Positions 11,112 through 24,211 of a DNA stretch of 64,000 nt are shown here, in pieces. Position 1 is the stretch's first letter. Each line of letters opens with the position of its first letter. This DNA is from Octopus sinensis (lineage: Eukaryota): NCBI RefSeq assembly GCF_006345805.1, contig NC_043007.1, positions 40,052,001 through 40,116,000 on the forward strand, read 5' to 3'. The position numbers and the translations under genes were made by a program. A model generated the notes under the pieces. That model had not been told where the DNA came from and made no database searches. It worked only from the letters and a program-made list of their open reading frames with translations.

Positions 11112-11215
11112 TTACTACTACTACTACTACTACTACCACAATCACAACAGAACCCTTGCTTGATTGTGGTAGTTGTAATAGTAACAGTGGTGGTGGTAGA
11201 GGTGGTGGTGGTCAC
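10790..11215. repeat. Compound trinucleotide microsatellites (GCT)n,(GAT)n,(TAC)n
   Basis: Direct inspection. Confidence 0.85.
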
Positions 11216-11308
11216 AGAAGTTGGTGCTACAGTTTGTCAGTAGTATACACACACACACACACATACTACACGCACACACATGAAGGGACAGACAGACAGA
11301 TAAGATAT

Positions 11309-11348
<40 letters not shown>

Positions 11349-11733
11349 ACAGACAGATAGACTGAGAGATATCTTTTTATTATGGCCACACAGGGCTAAA
11401 CACAGAAAATAGACAAAATACAATGTAGAGTTCTTCGTTTCGAGGTGAGATGGGTGGGACACACAAAGAAAAAGTTCAATCAGTAGGGATCAGTGGGCTG
11501 TGTGGTGTACAAAAATAGACACACAGACAGACAGACAGACAGACAGACAGATAGATAGATAGATAGATAGACTTGGGCAATGGTGGCTGTGTGGTTAAAA
11601 AGCTTGCTTTGCAACCATATGGTTTCAGGTTCAGTCCTACTGCATAGCACCTTGGTGTTCTGCTGTAACCCTGTAACAAAGCTTTGTTAGTGGGGGTCAG
11701 TTTGATGGAAACAGAAACTTGTAATACATATGA

Positions 11734-11783
<50 letters not shown>

Positions 11784-11789
11784 CCTTGG

Positions 11790-12240
11790 ACACAAAGACC
11801 TGTTGAGGCAAGCAAAGTCGATATCGAACCTCATCCGACGACAGGCACCCATGCCAACCCCCTTTGCTTGCTAAGACATGTTGGGGCAAGTGAAATCGAA
11901 ATTGACACCCGGCAGATGCCAGGACCCCTGGACTGGTGGTACGTAAAAAGCACTATCCGAATCGTGGCCGATGCCAGCGCCGCCTTGACTGGCTTCCGTG
12001 CCGGTGGCACGTAAAATGCACCAATCCGACCGTGGCCGTTGCCAGCCTCGCCTGGCACCTGTGCAGGTGGCACATAAAAAGCACCCACTACACTCACGGA
12101 GTGGTTGGCGTTAGGAAGGGCATCCAGCCATAGAAACATTGCCAGATCAGACTGGGCCTGGTGCATCCTTCTGGCTTCCCAGACCCCAGTTGCACCGTCC
12201 AACCCATGCCAGCATGGAAAGCGGACGCTAAACGATGATA
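11790..12240 (+). mobile_element. RTE LINE 3' UTR fragment
   Basis: gtggcacgtaaaatgcacc repeats, ggcgttaggaagggcatccagcc, ends ggacgctaaacgatgat. Confidence 0.8.
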
Positions 12241-12244
12241 TATA

Positions 12245-12637
12245 TTCGCCATGATAGATCGCTAGCCACTACACATTCTTTATTTTCTCTCTTTGTTCCT
12301 TTCTATGGAAGAGTGTAGGCTCGAAAAGTTAAAGACTTTTTCCCTTCCCGAGCGTTATTCTAATACATCTGTTTGTTGTCTACACCAACTGTCTTCACCT
12401 TTTGTTTTTTTGTGAATTCTCCCCTATATATATATGTGACCTCGTGAGCACCGCCAGCAATTTTTTTTCCTCTGTCTTCCCTTCTCGGGATCTTTCCTTC
12501 TCCTTTGTTTCCAACGAAGAGCTCCGCTCAAAACATTAAACCCTCCTTCCCTTCTTTCCTGAGCGTCCAATAATACTTTATTTGTTCCACGTCCTTGCGT
12601 TGGTGTGATTTTTTGTGTTTTCTTGTTTGGATTAACT

Positions 12638-12640
<3 letters not shown>
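12245..12640 (+). mobile_element. Penelope-like terminal-repeat remnant with two degenerate hammerhead-like folds
   Basis: ccttt-CTATGGA-a-gagt-gtag-gctc-GAAAAGTT-aaaga near 12298-12335 and gttt-CCAACGA-a-gagc-tcc-gctc-AAAACATT-aaac near 12505-12541; related copy at 59935-60115. Confidence 0.5.
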
Positions 12641-12670
<30 letters not shown>

Positions 12671-12708
12671 GTACACACATACACACACACACATACACAC
12701 ACACACAT

Positions 12709-12743
<35 letters not shown>

Positions 12744-13209
12744 ATTAAGGGTTTAGCAAAAAGTTGCTTCACCACATATCGAAAATTTAGAAATAACAGT
12801 CAAAAACCACTAATTCTTTTAGCTACAATATAACTCCACAGACAGGCTTCAGTTCCATCAAGTAAATATTTATATATATATTAAATATATACATATATAT
12901 TTGTATGCATGTGTGTGTGATAGTTGTAAATGAGTATCACTGTCATACAGGCAGTGTTGTTCATTTAAAATATTCTACAAAAGCATGTTTGGCTGTTGGG
13001 GAAATATTAGCTGGCATGCAAACTGGTGAGGGTTAGTGACAAAGGGGGCATCCTGCTGTAGAAGATCTACTCCAATATATTCTGCCTGAACCCCATACAT
13101 GCATGGAAAATTGGACATTAGAAACAGAAAGCCTGACAGAAACAGGCAAACAGACTGATGGATAGATAGAGGGAAAGATTGATGTAGATTGATTCAAGAG
13201 TCCCTTTAA

Positions 13210-13429
13210 CCCTTTCATTACTAACCCAGCTGAAACCAGCTCTGGCTCTGAGTACAAATGTCTTGTTTTCATAAGTTTTGAATTAAAATCTTCCTCCAAA
13301 CCTTAGTCACAATTTATGTTCCTAACACTAGCTGAATAATAACTAAGTTATTTTACTAAATTCTTTTTTATATTTAAAGTAATTGAAAGAAACACAGAGC
13401 ATCTCAAAATAAATACAGTAACAAAAGGG
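13210..13429. mobile_element. piggyBac-type MITE
   Basis: TTAA|CCCTTT...AAAGGG|TTAA termini. Confidence 0.8.
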
Positions 13430-14903
13430 TTAATATTTATATAACCTTAGGCAGAATCTGGCAGAATCATTACCATGAGAGGTAAAATGCTTAGTGGTGT
13501 ATTGTCCATCTTTACATTCTGATTTCAAATTCTGTCTAGGTTGACTTTATCTTTCACCCTATCAGGATCGATAGAGTATGTACCAGTTGAACACTGGAGC
13601 CCATGTAATCGATTAGTCCCCACCCAACCCCGAAATTTCTGGCTGTGTCAAAATTTGAAACTAATATTCATATAAACTGGCAAACAACTTAGGTTAGTTG
13701 AGATTCAGAATACTTGTTGCATCTGCTCCTCCCTCTGTTCCTCCCATACACATCCCATCTCCCCACCACAGCCTTTGCCCCCAACCCTTCCTTACTACAT
13801 TCATAAACTCCTACTCCAATCGCTGTCCCTTCTTTCAGTGTCACAGCTCAGGGATTCCAGGATGTCTAGCCTACTGCCCTGCTGTTCAAACTGCCAGTAT
13901 CCTGGATATCCCCAGGCATTTGAACTAGGTATGCCTGCACAATTGAACAGGATTACCATTATATTTTGCCATTTTTAGGACAAGAAATATTCTGTTCATC
14001 TTCTGATAACCACATCGTCATTTAGTGTTTGTCTTTTGTACACGTATGGGTTAGACATTGCAACAGGAATCAACAAGTTAGAGCACTCTGCTAAGCTCCA
14101 GTCTCTACTTTGGCACAATATCTATGACTGGAATGGATGCCCTTCTTAAACAGAACTGCCCTAGCAGTGCTGTTGGCCACTGGGCCCTATTGTATTAATT
14201 TATTGAAAGCAAGCTACAGCATACATCATCATCATTGTTTAATGCCCATCTTCCATGCTAGCATAGGTCAGAATAGGGCCCTAGACCCTTTGGACTCCTG
14301 GATGACTGCCCAGTGTGTCTGTGCTTTAAGATGGCTCTGTTACTAATGTCAACCACTTTACAGAGTGCACTGGGTGCTTAATGCATTGCATTGGCACTAC
14401 TGAGGTCACTCACAAGTAACTTTCAAGACAAGCCTCACTCAACAGAGTATGGGTGTAGTATTGAGTGGGGTAGCTTTATGTAGGGTGATGAGAGGCTAAA
14501 GTGAGATGGGGGGAAAGGAACAAGGGTCTTGCTGTAGAGAAGATGCATGGCTACCCCAGCTGGAAAGAGAAAATAGGATGGTGATGAGTATACCACTCAC
14601 ACATACACACAAATATTTAGACACTTGTTTATGGACTTCTCAACCCTGTTATCATTTTGACTAGATCAGCACAAGTGGGATTTGAACTCAGAAAGCATAC
14701 AACTTGAAAAAAGGCACCTTAAGATAGTTCATCCAAATGCTAATAATTTCACTTATCCAGTACTCTGGCCTGGTACTTAATTATCAACCCTAAAGGGCCA
14801 GTCCTTGTAGCTGTGTGCTGGATTTTGTGTTTTAATGACCCTGAGAGCTATTGCGACAGAGTTACAAGGGCCTCCCAAGCTACACAGATCAAAGGATACT
14901 CTT

Positions 14904-15290
14904 TTATTTGGTTCAGTCATTTGACTGCAGCCATGCTGGAGCACCACCTTTAGTCGATCAAATCGACCCCAGGACTTATTCTTTGTAAGCCTAGTACTTA
15001 TTCTATAGGTCTCTTTTGCTGAACCGTTAAGTTACTGGGACGTAAACACACCAACATCGGTTGTCAAGTGATGTTGGGGTGGACAAACACACACACACAA
15101 ATGTATACATACACACATACACATATATATATACATGTATACGACAGGCTTCTTTCAGTTTCCGTCTACCAAATCCACTCACGAGGCTATAGTAGAAGAC
15201 ACTTGCCCAAGATACCACGCAGTGGGACTGAACCCAGAATCATGTGGCTGGTAAGCAAGCTACTTACCACACAGCCACTCCTATGCCTAT
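14904..15290 (-). mobile_element. SINE family A
   Basis: Reverse complement of the family A consensus. Confidence 0.85.
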
Positions 15291-15464
15291 AATTCTGCCA
15301 GCTAAAAATTATTATTTTTTTTTTCCAACTAACCAGTGGTGGGAGCATACATTTTTCTGGAAAGTTCTGGAAAGTGGGGTCTGGGGGGGAATAGGTTGGG
15401 AAACACTGAAATGAAGAGAAGTAGAAAAGACAGTCCAAAGTCAAGAACAGTATAGAGAATAATT

Positions 15465-15684
15465 CATTTCTTTATTGCCCACGGGAGGTTAAACATAGAG
15501 GGGACAAACAAGGACAGACAAAGGGATTAAGTCACTTACATAGACCCCAGTGCATAACTGGTACTTAATCTATCGACCCCGAAAGGATGAAAGGCAAATT
15601 TGACCTCGGCGGAATTTGAACTCAGAATGTAACGGCAGACGAAATACTGCTGCGTATTTTGCCTGTTGTACTAATGCTTCTGCC
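15465..15684 (-). mobile_element. SINE family B with ~16-bp TSD agtataga(g/a)aataatt
   Basis: TSD at 15449-15464 and 15685-15700. Confidence 0.8.
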
Positions 15685-16007
15685 AGTATAGAAAATAATT
15701 CTCCATGGCCTATGCTCCATAAGGAGTGAAGGAACTGAGTCAAAGTCCTGAAAAGATGTAAGTCAAAAGTGACCTCAGCTGGATTTGAACTCAGAATGTT
15801 GAGGCAGGCAGAATACTGCAAAGCATTTTGCTGGAATGCTAACAATTCTATTAGCTAAAAATAAATTTGTTTTTGTTCTTAGAAGTGGTGGAGGAGCATA
15901 CACTTTTCCAGTAAGTTATAATGGGGCCTGGGGGGAAAAAACAGGTTGGGAATCAATGAACTAAACAGAAGCAGAAAAGACAGCCCAGAATCAAGAACAG
16001 TATAGAG

Positions 16008-16465
16008 CAGGGGTCGGGGAAATTTTTTAACCTATTAGCCCAAAATATATTTATTTAGGCCAACATTAACTCCTTGATTTGAAAGGAAGAAAATCATAGA
16101 TTTTTTTTTTAATTCAAAAGGTCTATTGAATCTATTTATATGGAAAATAGATTTATAAATATAAAATGTATTTTAAAATGTGATAAAATAAATTAATATC
16201 CTCATGAAACAAAAGGATTTTTCTAGAAACTTTTTACTTCAGGTTTTGAAGAAATGTTGTTGACAACACCTTAGCAACCAAACTGTTTGTAGTTCAAATT
16301 GGTGTGACGTCTCCTAAACACGTCCATTACATTAGACAGATGCAGTGTTGCCAGAAGATAAATTTCTGTTGTAACAAGGAACATGTTTTTATATAATTTT
16401 TGCTTATGTCTAATGAGTTTTCGTTGCCCACAAGAATTTATTTTACTCCAGTTCGCCAACGCCTG
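16008..16465. mobile_element. hAT-type non-autonomous element with 8-bp TSD gtatagag
   Basis: Termini CAGGGGTCGGGGA...TTCGCCAACGCCTG; TSD at 16000-16007 and 16466-16473. Confidence 0.8.
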
Positions 16466-16576
16466 GTATAGAGAATAATTCTCCATGGCCTATGTTCTAT
16501 AAGGGGCAAAGGGATTAAGCCTTCAGCATTCACATTATTCTGTCAAATTTGATACTTATTTATTCACATTGTAAGC

Positions 16577-17090
16577 ATAGGAGTGGCTGTGTGGTAAGTA
16601 GCTTGCTTATGAACTACATGGTTTCGGGTTCAGTCCCACTGCATGGCACCTTGGGCAAGTGTCTTCTACTATAGCATTGGGGCAACCAAAGGCTTGAGAA
16701 TGGATTTGGTTGACGGAAACTGAAAGAAGCCTGTCGTATGTATATATATATACTGAGACCCCCTTCGGTCATGACTGACCGTGGGATTGCACCAAGAAAG
16801 TTACCCTCTCAGACACAAGTCCGGGCAGGGTTGTTTATGGAAGACCAGCAGTTGCCCATGCATACCGGCCTCCCCTCTCCACACCACCAGTGTTATCCAA
16901 GGGAAAGGCAAAGGCCAATACAGCTTGGCACCTGTGAAATCGCAACTCAATCCTACAGCTGTGTGAACTGGAGCAATGTGAAATAAAGTGTCTTGTTCAA
17001 GAACACAACACGCAGCCTGGTCTGGGATTCAAACTCACAACCTCACGATTGTAAGCTCGACGCTCAAACCACTGAGCCATGCACCTTCAC

Positions 17091-17136
<46 letters not shown>

Positions 17137-17141
17137 TTATA

Positions 17142-17176
<35 letters not shown>

Positions 17177-17395
17177 GTGTATATGTTTGTGTCTGTGTTT
17201 GTTCCCCCAACATTGCCTGACAACTGATGCTAGTGTGTTTACATCCCTGTAACTTAGCGGTTTGGCAAAAGAGACTGATAGAATAAGTACTAGGCCTACA
17301 AAGAATAATTCCTGGGGTCGATGTGCTCAACTAAAGGTGGTGCTCCAGCATGGCCACAGTCAAACGACTGAAACGAGTAAAAGAGAGTAAAGAGT
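16577..17395 (+). mobile_element. SINE family A with an antisense SINE (family F, 16753-17092) nested in its (AT)n tract
   Basis: A head 16577-16750, F insert with tRNA head at about 17040-17090 on the minus strand, A tail to 17395; second F copy at 40735-41012. Confidence 0.8.
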
Positions 17396-17751
17396 ATTGT
17401 TTTGAATTAATCGTGCATTAACTTGTAATTCTGAGATTTCAGTGATGAGATTTGTTTATTTTTAGAATGACATTGTAGGTTAGGTACAAGAGGCCAGATC
17501 TAGAGAGAGAATATTGGGCTGGATATGGCCGGTTTAAGTGCTAAAGGGATAAATCAAGTCCTGAAAAGATGTAAGTCAAAACTAACCTTAGCTGGATTTG
17601 AACTCAGAGCTCACCAAGTTGGCTTAGATATCATGTTGCTCTAACAACTCCACCAATTTTCTGCATGAATGTATCAGTTCTTAGAAATATAGCTAACATG
17701 ATAGAACGCAGTCTTAGCTGTTTGTGTTATTTATTATTATTATCATCATCA

Positions 17752-17786
<35 letters not shown>

Positions 17787-18002
17787 TATTTATTTATTTT
17801 TAATAAATTTTTTATTTTTATTTATTTTGCTGGTATGGATTATCTGAGAGATTTATGTCTGGAATAATGAATATATCTGAAATGAATGGTGCCAATATAT
17901 ACAATGTTTTGGTTAGTTATTGAAAAATTTCTTTGGATCGAATCAATATTGATATTTTGAAAGGATAAAAGATTTTTCTGATAGGATTTCTTAATGTTGC
18001 AG

Positions 18003-18059
18003 AAGAATGTGTTTTATCTGGGAGGAAACAGATCCTGCAATTCTTGCGGAGGCCTTAAG
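18003..18059 (+). CDS. Candidate internal exon, unassigned (KNVFYLGGNRSCNSCGGLK or RMCFIWEETDPAILAEALR)
   Basis: ttcttaatgttgcag|...ccttaag|gtcagt; 57 nt with two open frames; no protein recognised. Confidence 0.2.
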
Positions 18060-18064
18060 GTCAG

Positions 18065-18105
18065 TAGCAGTAGTGGTGGTCTTTATGGTGGTGGTGGCAG
18101 CAGTG

Positions 18106-18140
<35 letters not shown>

Positions 18141-18730
18141 CGTAGTAGTAGTAGTAGTTTATGATGTGGTGGTAGTCATGGTGATGGTGGTAATTGATTA
18201 TCTTTGGTCAGTCTTGACCAAGCAGGCATATGATCAAAGACATTCCGACCATAAACTTTAATCTTCCACTGGTTTCCTTAGACTCATATCATATACAAAG
18301 AAAGAGAAAGGAAGGAGACATAATCCAATATGTCCTTCCTTTTCTTTTTATGATTGCAGGAGGATTTAACTGCTATTTCCTTTTAACAGGTCCAGCTACC
18401 ATGTAGAAGCTCTTTTACTGATTCATGTTGGGGACATTAATGGTGTTGATGGTGGTAGTAGTGGTAGTGGTATTAGTGGTGTTATTGCTGTTGTTGGTGG
18501 TAGTGGTGGTGGTGGTGGTGATGGTATTGGTAGTGGTAGTTGTGGTGGTAGTGGTGATAGTGGTAGTTGTGGTGATAGTGGTAGTTGTGGTGGTGGTGGT
18601 GGTAGTGGTGATAGTATTGGTAGTATTAGTGGTGGTGGTAGTTGTGGTGATAGTGGTAGTTGTGGTGGTGGTGGTGATGGTAGTGGTGGTGGTAGTGGTG
18701 ATAGTGTTAGTTGTGGTGGTGGTGGTGATG

Positions 18731-18787
<57 letters not shown>

Positions 18788-18930
18788 ATAGTGATAGTTG
18801 TGGTGGTGGCAGTGGTGGTGGTGGTAGTGGAGGTAGTTTATCTTTCTGTTATCCATGTTATCACAGCTCTGATCTACTGCTTCTACTACTACTACTACAG
18901 TTGTTGCTGCTACTGCTGTTGTTACTACTT

Positions 18931-18973
<43 letters not shown>

Positions 18974-19005
18974 CACTACTACCACTGCTGCTGCTGCAGT
19001 TGCAG
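18065..19005. repeat. Long compound (GTG/GTA)n and (TAC)n trinucleotide tract
   Basis: Direct inspection; poly-V ORF is an artefact. Confidence 0.85.
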
Positions 19006-19480
19006 CCTTACATGTAAAGCTACATTAGACAACATTGTTTGACTTTTTTAATTGATCAGATTGAGAGAATTTTTAGAATCCTTGGATGAAAATAGATTTG
19101 CTGTTGTTGTTGCTATTGTTGCTTAACCCTAGTTGAGTGTTAGTTAACCGACCCTATGATCAAAGGTGACCATCCTGTCTTTGCAAAAGTTTGTTGGATT
19201 TGCATCACTTCAGGCGTCTTGTCCTCATTTAAAACAATAGGCTCAGGATAGCTTTTTTTAAACTTGGTCTCAGTCATTGGCCATGCTGGGGCACTGCCTT
19301 AAAGGGTTTCAGTTGAAGAAATTGCCCTTGGTACTTTTTTTAAAGTCAGGTACTTATTTTAACAGTTTGCAAGGGTGTAAACAAACCAACACAGGTTGTC
19401 AAGTGGTGGGATGACAGGCATAAGCACAAAGACACCCATCCACTCACCCACCTACACACACATACATACATGTATGTATG

Positions 19481-19530
<50 letters not shown>

Positions 19531-19573
19531 AAACAAAGTGTACATACGCTGCTATAAATATATATATATATAT

Positions 19574-19884
19574 AAAATACAAAATGGGACAAGAACGCAA
19601 AACATCTGGACAACTAGGTGATACAAAAAGGGACAACAAAACATCCAGATAGACGATACAAAAAAAAACAAGGACGGGTCATTGGAAGCTTCACTCAAGA
19701 ACCAGATCATCCTCGCAATTTCGGGTCAGCCGAAATTGCGAGGGCGATCCGGTTCTTGACTGAAGATAAAAGGTGTTGAATGACCCGTCCTTGTTTTTTG
19801 GTATCGTCTATCTGGATGTTTTGTTGTCCCTTTTTGTCATCTAGTTGTCCAGATGTTTTGCGTTCTTATCCCATTTTGTATTTT
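19574..19884. mobile_element. Near-perfect ~310-bp fold-back palindrome (repeat family)
   Basis: aaaatacaaaatgggacaagaacgc...gcaatttcgg[gtcag]ccgaaattgc...gcgttcttatcccattttgtatttt; longer relative at 42006-42450. Confidence 0.85.
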
Positions 19885-19960
19885 ATATATATATATATAT
19901 ATTATATATATATATATATATATATTATACACAAATATATACACACACACATATATATAT

Positions 19961-20270
19961 GGAGGCGGAATGGCCTAGTGGTTAGGGCAGTGGACTTGCG
20001 GTCGGAGGATCACGGTTTCGATTCCCAGACCTGGTATTGTGTGTGTTTATTGAGCAAAAACACCTAAAGCTCCACAAAGCTCCAGCAGAGGGTAGTGGCG
20101 ACCCCTGTTGTACTCTTTTGCTTCAATTTTCTCTCACTCTCTCTTCCTGTTTCTTGAATAACACTGCGATGGACTGGCATCCCGTCCAGCTGGGGGGAAC
20201 ACATACGCCACAAAAACCGGGAAACCGAGCCCATGAGCCTGGCTAGGCTTGAAAAGGGCGCATAAATAAA
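19961..20270 (+). mobile_element. tRNA-derived SINE (HE1/V-SINE-like 3' body)
   Basis: Head ggaggcggaatggcctagtggttagggc...gtttcgattccc; body ctgcgatggactggcatcccgtccagctgggg; partial copy at 39715-39850. Confidence 0.65.
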
Positions 20271-20545
20271 AAAAAAAATATATATTCATATACATATCTG
20301 TATGTATGTAGAGTCAACGACTATTGGAGAGGTTGCAAGAAGCAATGAAAATTTTAGGAAAAAATAATTAAGTAAATGAGTGGAAATTGAACCGGTGAGT
20401 GTGTTAATTAATAAGGCATTGAAACAGAATGACTCTCCCCAGACGCAATATGTGTGTGTGTGTGTGTGAATAATACTTTAATTGTTCCACGTCCTCGCGT
20501 TGCTGTGTTTTTTCTCCTTTTTTTTCTGTGTTTTCTTGTTTGGAT

Positions 20546-20576
<31 letters not shown>

Positions 20577-20605
20577 GCATATTATATGTATATATATACA
20601 TATTA

Positions 20606-20646
<41 letters not shown>

Positions 20647-20719
20647 TATATATATACATATACTTATACATATACATAAACATAAATATATATATATATA
20701 TACATACTCTTTTACTCTT

Positions 20720-20757
<38 letters not shown>

Positions 20758-21854
20758 TACATATTATATTGTATGTATATATTTTATTAATTTGCCTGTA
20801 TGGGTGATAATTCGTTTGCCACTTGTGATGGTATTTTGATAATACCATTCCTCTTGTATTATTTATTCATATATATATATATGTATTTTATAAAGAAACC
20901 TATATATATTGTGTGTGTGTGTGTGTATGTATGTTACAGTGGTTATTTGTTTTGCAGTAATTAGATGTTTGGGGGTGTTTTCTAATGTTGGCAGTATCAT
21001 TAATGTTGGACAAAATGTTTTGCAGGAATTTTTTTTTTTTTTTTTTTTGCTATGCTTGTCCTTCATATTTTGAGTTCAATTCTTGTTGAAGTCAACTTTG
21101 CTATATTTTCAAGTTTCCATCACTGATAAAATGAAGTACCATTATGATCAACTTAACTCTCCTTCCAATGCTGCTGGCTATGGCCCTGAATTATTAATAT
21201 CATCATCATCATTATCATCTTCTTTATCATCATCATCGTCATTGCCATCCTTGCCATCAACACCATCATCATAATGATAATAATAATGATAATAATCCTT
21301 TCCTTGATTGGCACAAGGCCTGAAATTTTGTGGGAGGGGCTAATTGATTACACCAACTCTAGTCAACTGGTTCTAATTTATTAACCCTGAAAGGATGAAG
21401 GGCAAAGTCAACCTCGGCAGAATTTGAACTCAAAACATAATGATGGGCAAAATTCTGCTGAGCATTTCATCCAGCATGTTAATGATTCTGCCAGCTCACC
21501 ACCTTCTCAACAACAACAACAACAACAACAACAATAATAATAATAATAATAATAATAATTATTATTATTATTATTATTATTATTATTTCAAATTTTTTTT
21601 TGCCACAGGGGCAGCTTCAGAGAGTTGGGGATGAGTTGATTACATTGACCCCAGCGTTCAACTGGTACTTATTTTATCGACCCCGGAAAGATTAAAGGCA
21701 ATGTTCACCTCGACAGAATTTGAACTCAGAACGTAGCGGCAGACAAAATATTGCTAAGCATTTCACCTGGCATGCAAACAACTCTGCCAGCTTGCTGCCT
21801 TATCAACAACAACAACCACAATAATAATAGTTATAATAATAATAATAATAATAA

Positions 21855-22300
21855 TTCTGCTCAATACCACAGATTTGCTTGTCAGTTGTTTGACCATAAC
21901 CAGTTGAGCATGTCCCTTAGTGGCTGACGATATGTGCATCTCTGATCACGAGCAGAAGTAGTGGGGGAGCATCATAGCCATGTGTTGAGAGGGATTCTTT
22001 GGGGTTTGAATAATTCACCTCTGGAAACATGGGTGGTTCTTTCAACATCCTTAAGCAACCCTTATTCAGGGACCTTTTGAGCGGGATGGGCTACTCAACC
22101 TGAAGAAAATTCTAACTGGGCCCCACCTGCAAGGTCATGTGCTGTTTATCTTGATATGAGATCACCATGTCGTACACATATGGTTGTGATGCATGTGCCT
22201 GGTGTACCCTTATCAGACGAGTAGTCATGATGGGTATATTGGGCTTCGTATATTTTACCCCAGTGTCACTTTGATGGCATGAACTGCTCTCTCACTCAAT
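21855..22300 (+). mobile_element. Family D element in (TAA)n
   Basis: Highly similar to 6965-7409; (AAT)n on both flanks. Confidence 0.8.
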
Positions 22301-22339
22301 AATAATAATAATAATAATAAATACAGAGCTTTCTTCTAC

Positions 22340-22730
22340 TACACTTCAACTTAGGCAGTAAGAAATTAGTTTTTTTGTTTTTCTTTTCTTTTGGTGAATA
22401 AAATTATATTTATTTTGTTTGCATTTGAGAAATGTTTGCATCAAAAGAGAGGTGTGCTATGATTTATTTCCTTTTTCTTTTCTTTTGTTTGTCTTTCTAG
22501 TTTTGTGCAAATTATTGATCGACAATAGATTGGTATCGCCCTCAAAATGATGAACTCTGCTGCATATGATAGCGTAACATATATATTAAGAAGAAAACTG
22601 GATCAAAAACGGAGCCTTGTACTACACAATTAATATGGTTATCCTTTGAATCAATACTTTGTTGAGAGGCCAGTTGAGAACGAAATGACAGGTAAGATTT
22701 AAATTTTAATATATGCTAATATATGTTATG
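22340..22730 (-). pseudogene. CR1/L2-clade reverse transcriptase remnant
   Basis: Minus strand reads SYLSFRSQ...INCVVQGSVFDPVFFLIY...HFEGDTNLL, decayed forms of SYLSNRKQ / GVPQGSVLGPLLFLIY / FADDTNL. Confidence 0.7.
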
Positions 22731-22769
22731 TATGTGACTCAAGAACTGCTCTGTTTATACAATTAAATC

Positions 22770-22904
22770 TTTAATACAAACCAATATATACATATCTTGT
22801 ATATATCCGTCTCAAGAGTCTCAAGTCTTTAATATGTACCAGCATATACAGTGTGCGTGTGTGTGTGTGTGTTTGTTTGTGTTTGTGTGTGTGTGTTTGT
22901 TTGT

Positions 22905-22940
<36 letters not shown>

Positions 22941-23165
22941 TTTGTGTGTGTGTGTATGTGTGTGTGAGTGCGTGAAGAAGTAAGCTTTCTTATATGTGTC
23001 TCAAGAGCCATTAAATCTTTAATATAGACCAATATATATATCTTCTATATAAGGGTATCAAGCATCTCAAGTCTTTAATATATACCAGCATATACATTGT
23101 GTGTGTGTGAAGAAGTAAGCTTTCTTATATGTCTCTCAAGAGCCATTCTTTTAACAAAAATCTTT
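22770..23165. repeat. Tandem duplication with a variable (GT)n spacer
   Basis: tctcaagtctttaatat..ccagcatatac..gtgaagaagtaagctttcttatatgt..tcaagagccatt occurs twice. Confidence 0.75.
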
Positions 23166-23559
23166 AAGGTGTGCATGTGTATGTTTGCGTGTGTGTGTGC
23201 GTTTGTGCATGTCTGTTTGTGTGCATGTGTTTGTGTGTGTATGTTTAAGTGTGTGTTTGTGTGTTTGTGCATGCATGTGTGTGTGTGTGTGTGTGTATGC
23301 ATGTTTGTGTGTGTCTGTATTTGTATGTATGTGTCTGCATTTTTGTGTTTGCATGTGTGTTTGTGTGTGTGTGTGCATGTGCATCTGTATTTGTGTGTGT
23401 GAAGAACTAAGCATCATGGTACATGACTGAGTGTCTTTCAGTTTGAGTTAATTATCTAGAGATATAATTTATATAAAATATAAAAATTAAGTACTGACCA
23501 ACCCATAGACTAACACAGTATAAGACAGGCTTGCGGATAGACCAAGAGACAAACAGAAA

Positions 23560-23870
23560 GAGTGAAACAGACTAACAAACATAACAGACTGATTAATTGA
23601 CAGATAGGACAACTAAGAGACAAACAGATAGGATAACTAGGTGACAGATATATAGGACAACTAAGAGACAGAAAACAGATAGGACAACTAAGAGACAGAC
23701 AGACAGATAGGACAACTAAGAGACAGACAGACAGATAGGACAACTAAGAGACAGACAGACATATAGGACAACTAAGAGACAGACAGATAGGACAACTAAG
23801 AGACAGGCAGACAGATAGAACAACTAAGAGACAGACAAACAGATAGGACAGCTAAGAGACAGACAGACAG
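23560..23870. repeat. Minisatellite, ~22-26-bp unit agacagacagataggacaacta
   Basis: About 10 copies of ataggacaactaagagacag. Confidence 0.8.
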
Positions 23871-24211
23871 ACACCATTGCACAACACCTTGAGCAAGTGG
23901 TCTACTGCAATAGCCCAGTTAATTATGATTTTATTCAACACATTCCCCTCCCAGATTCACGCACTTATTGCTTCAGTCCTTCAGTTCTTCTAAGCCTTGT
24001 AAAAGAACTTGGAAGTTTGCAATGCCCTTGAAGTCAGGAACTTTTCGGCACCCCCTTGTATATGTATGCATACATGTATGCACGTGTGTGTGTGTGTGTG
24101 TGTGTGTACCCATGTCTTGATGAGATTTGATGGCTGCAAATAAGTGTCACTGTCATAGAAGTGAACTTGTTCACTTCCATTCTTCAGTAGAAAACCTGTT
24201 TGTCTTCCTAT

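Noticed and set aside
18425-19042. 205-aa poly-Val ORF resembling a membrane protein
   Set aside because: Translation of the (GTG/GTA)n tract
21061-21121. Strong minus-strand acceptor (cttcattttatcag)
   Set aside because: All frames close within 7 codons and there is no matching donor
22501-22690. Apparent plus-strand exon (tttctag|...acag|gtaaga)
   Set aside because: All three frames have stops; the sequence is the antisense of a CR1/L2 RT remnant
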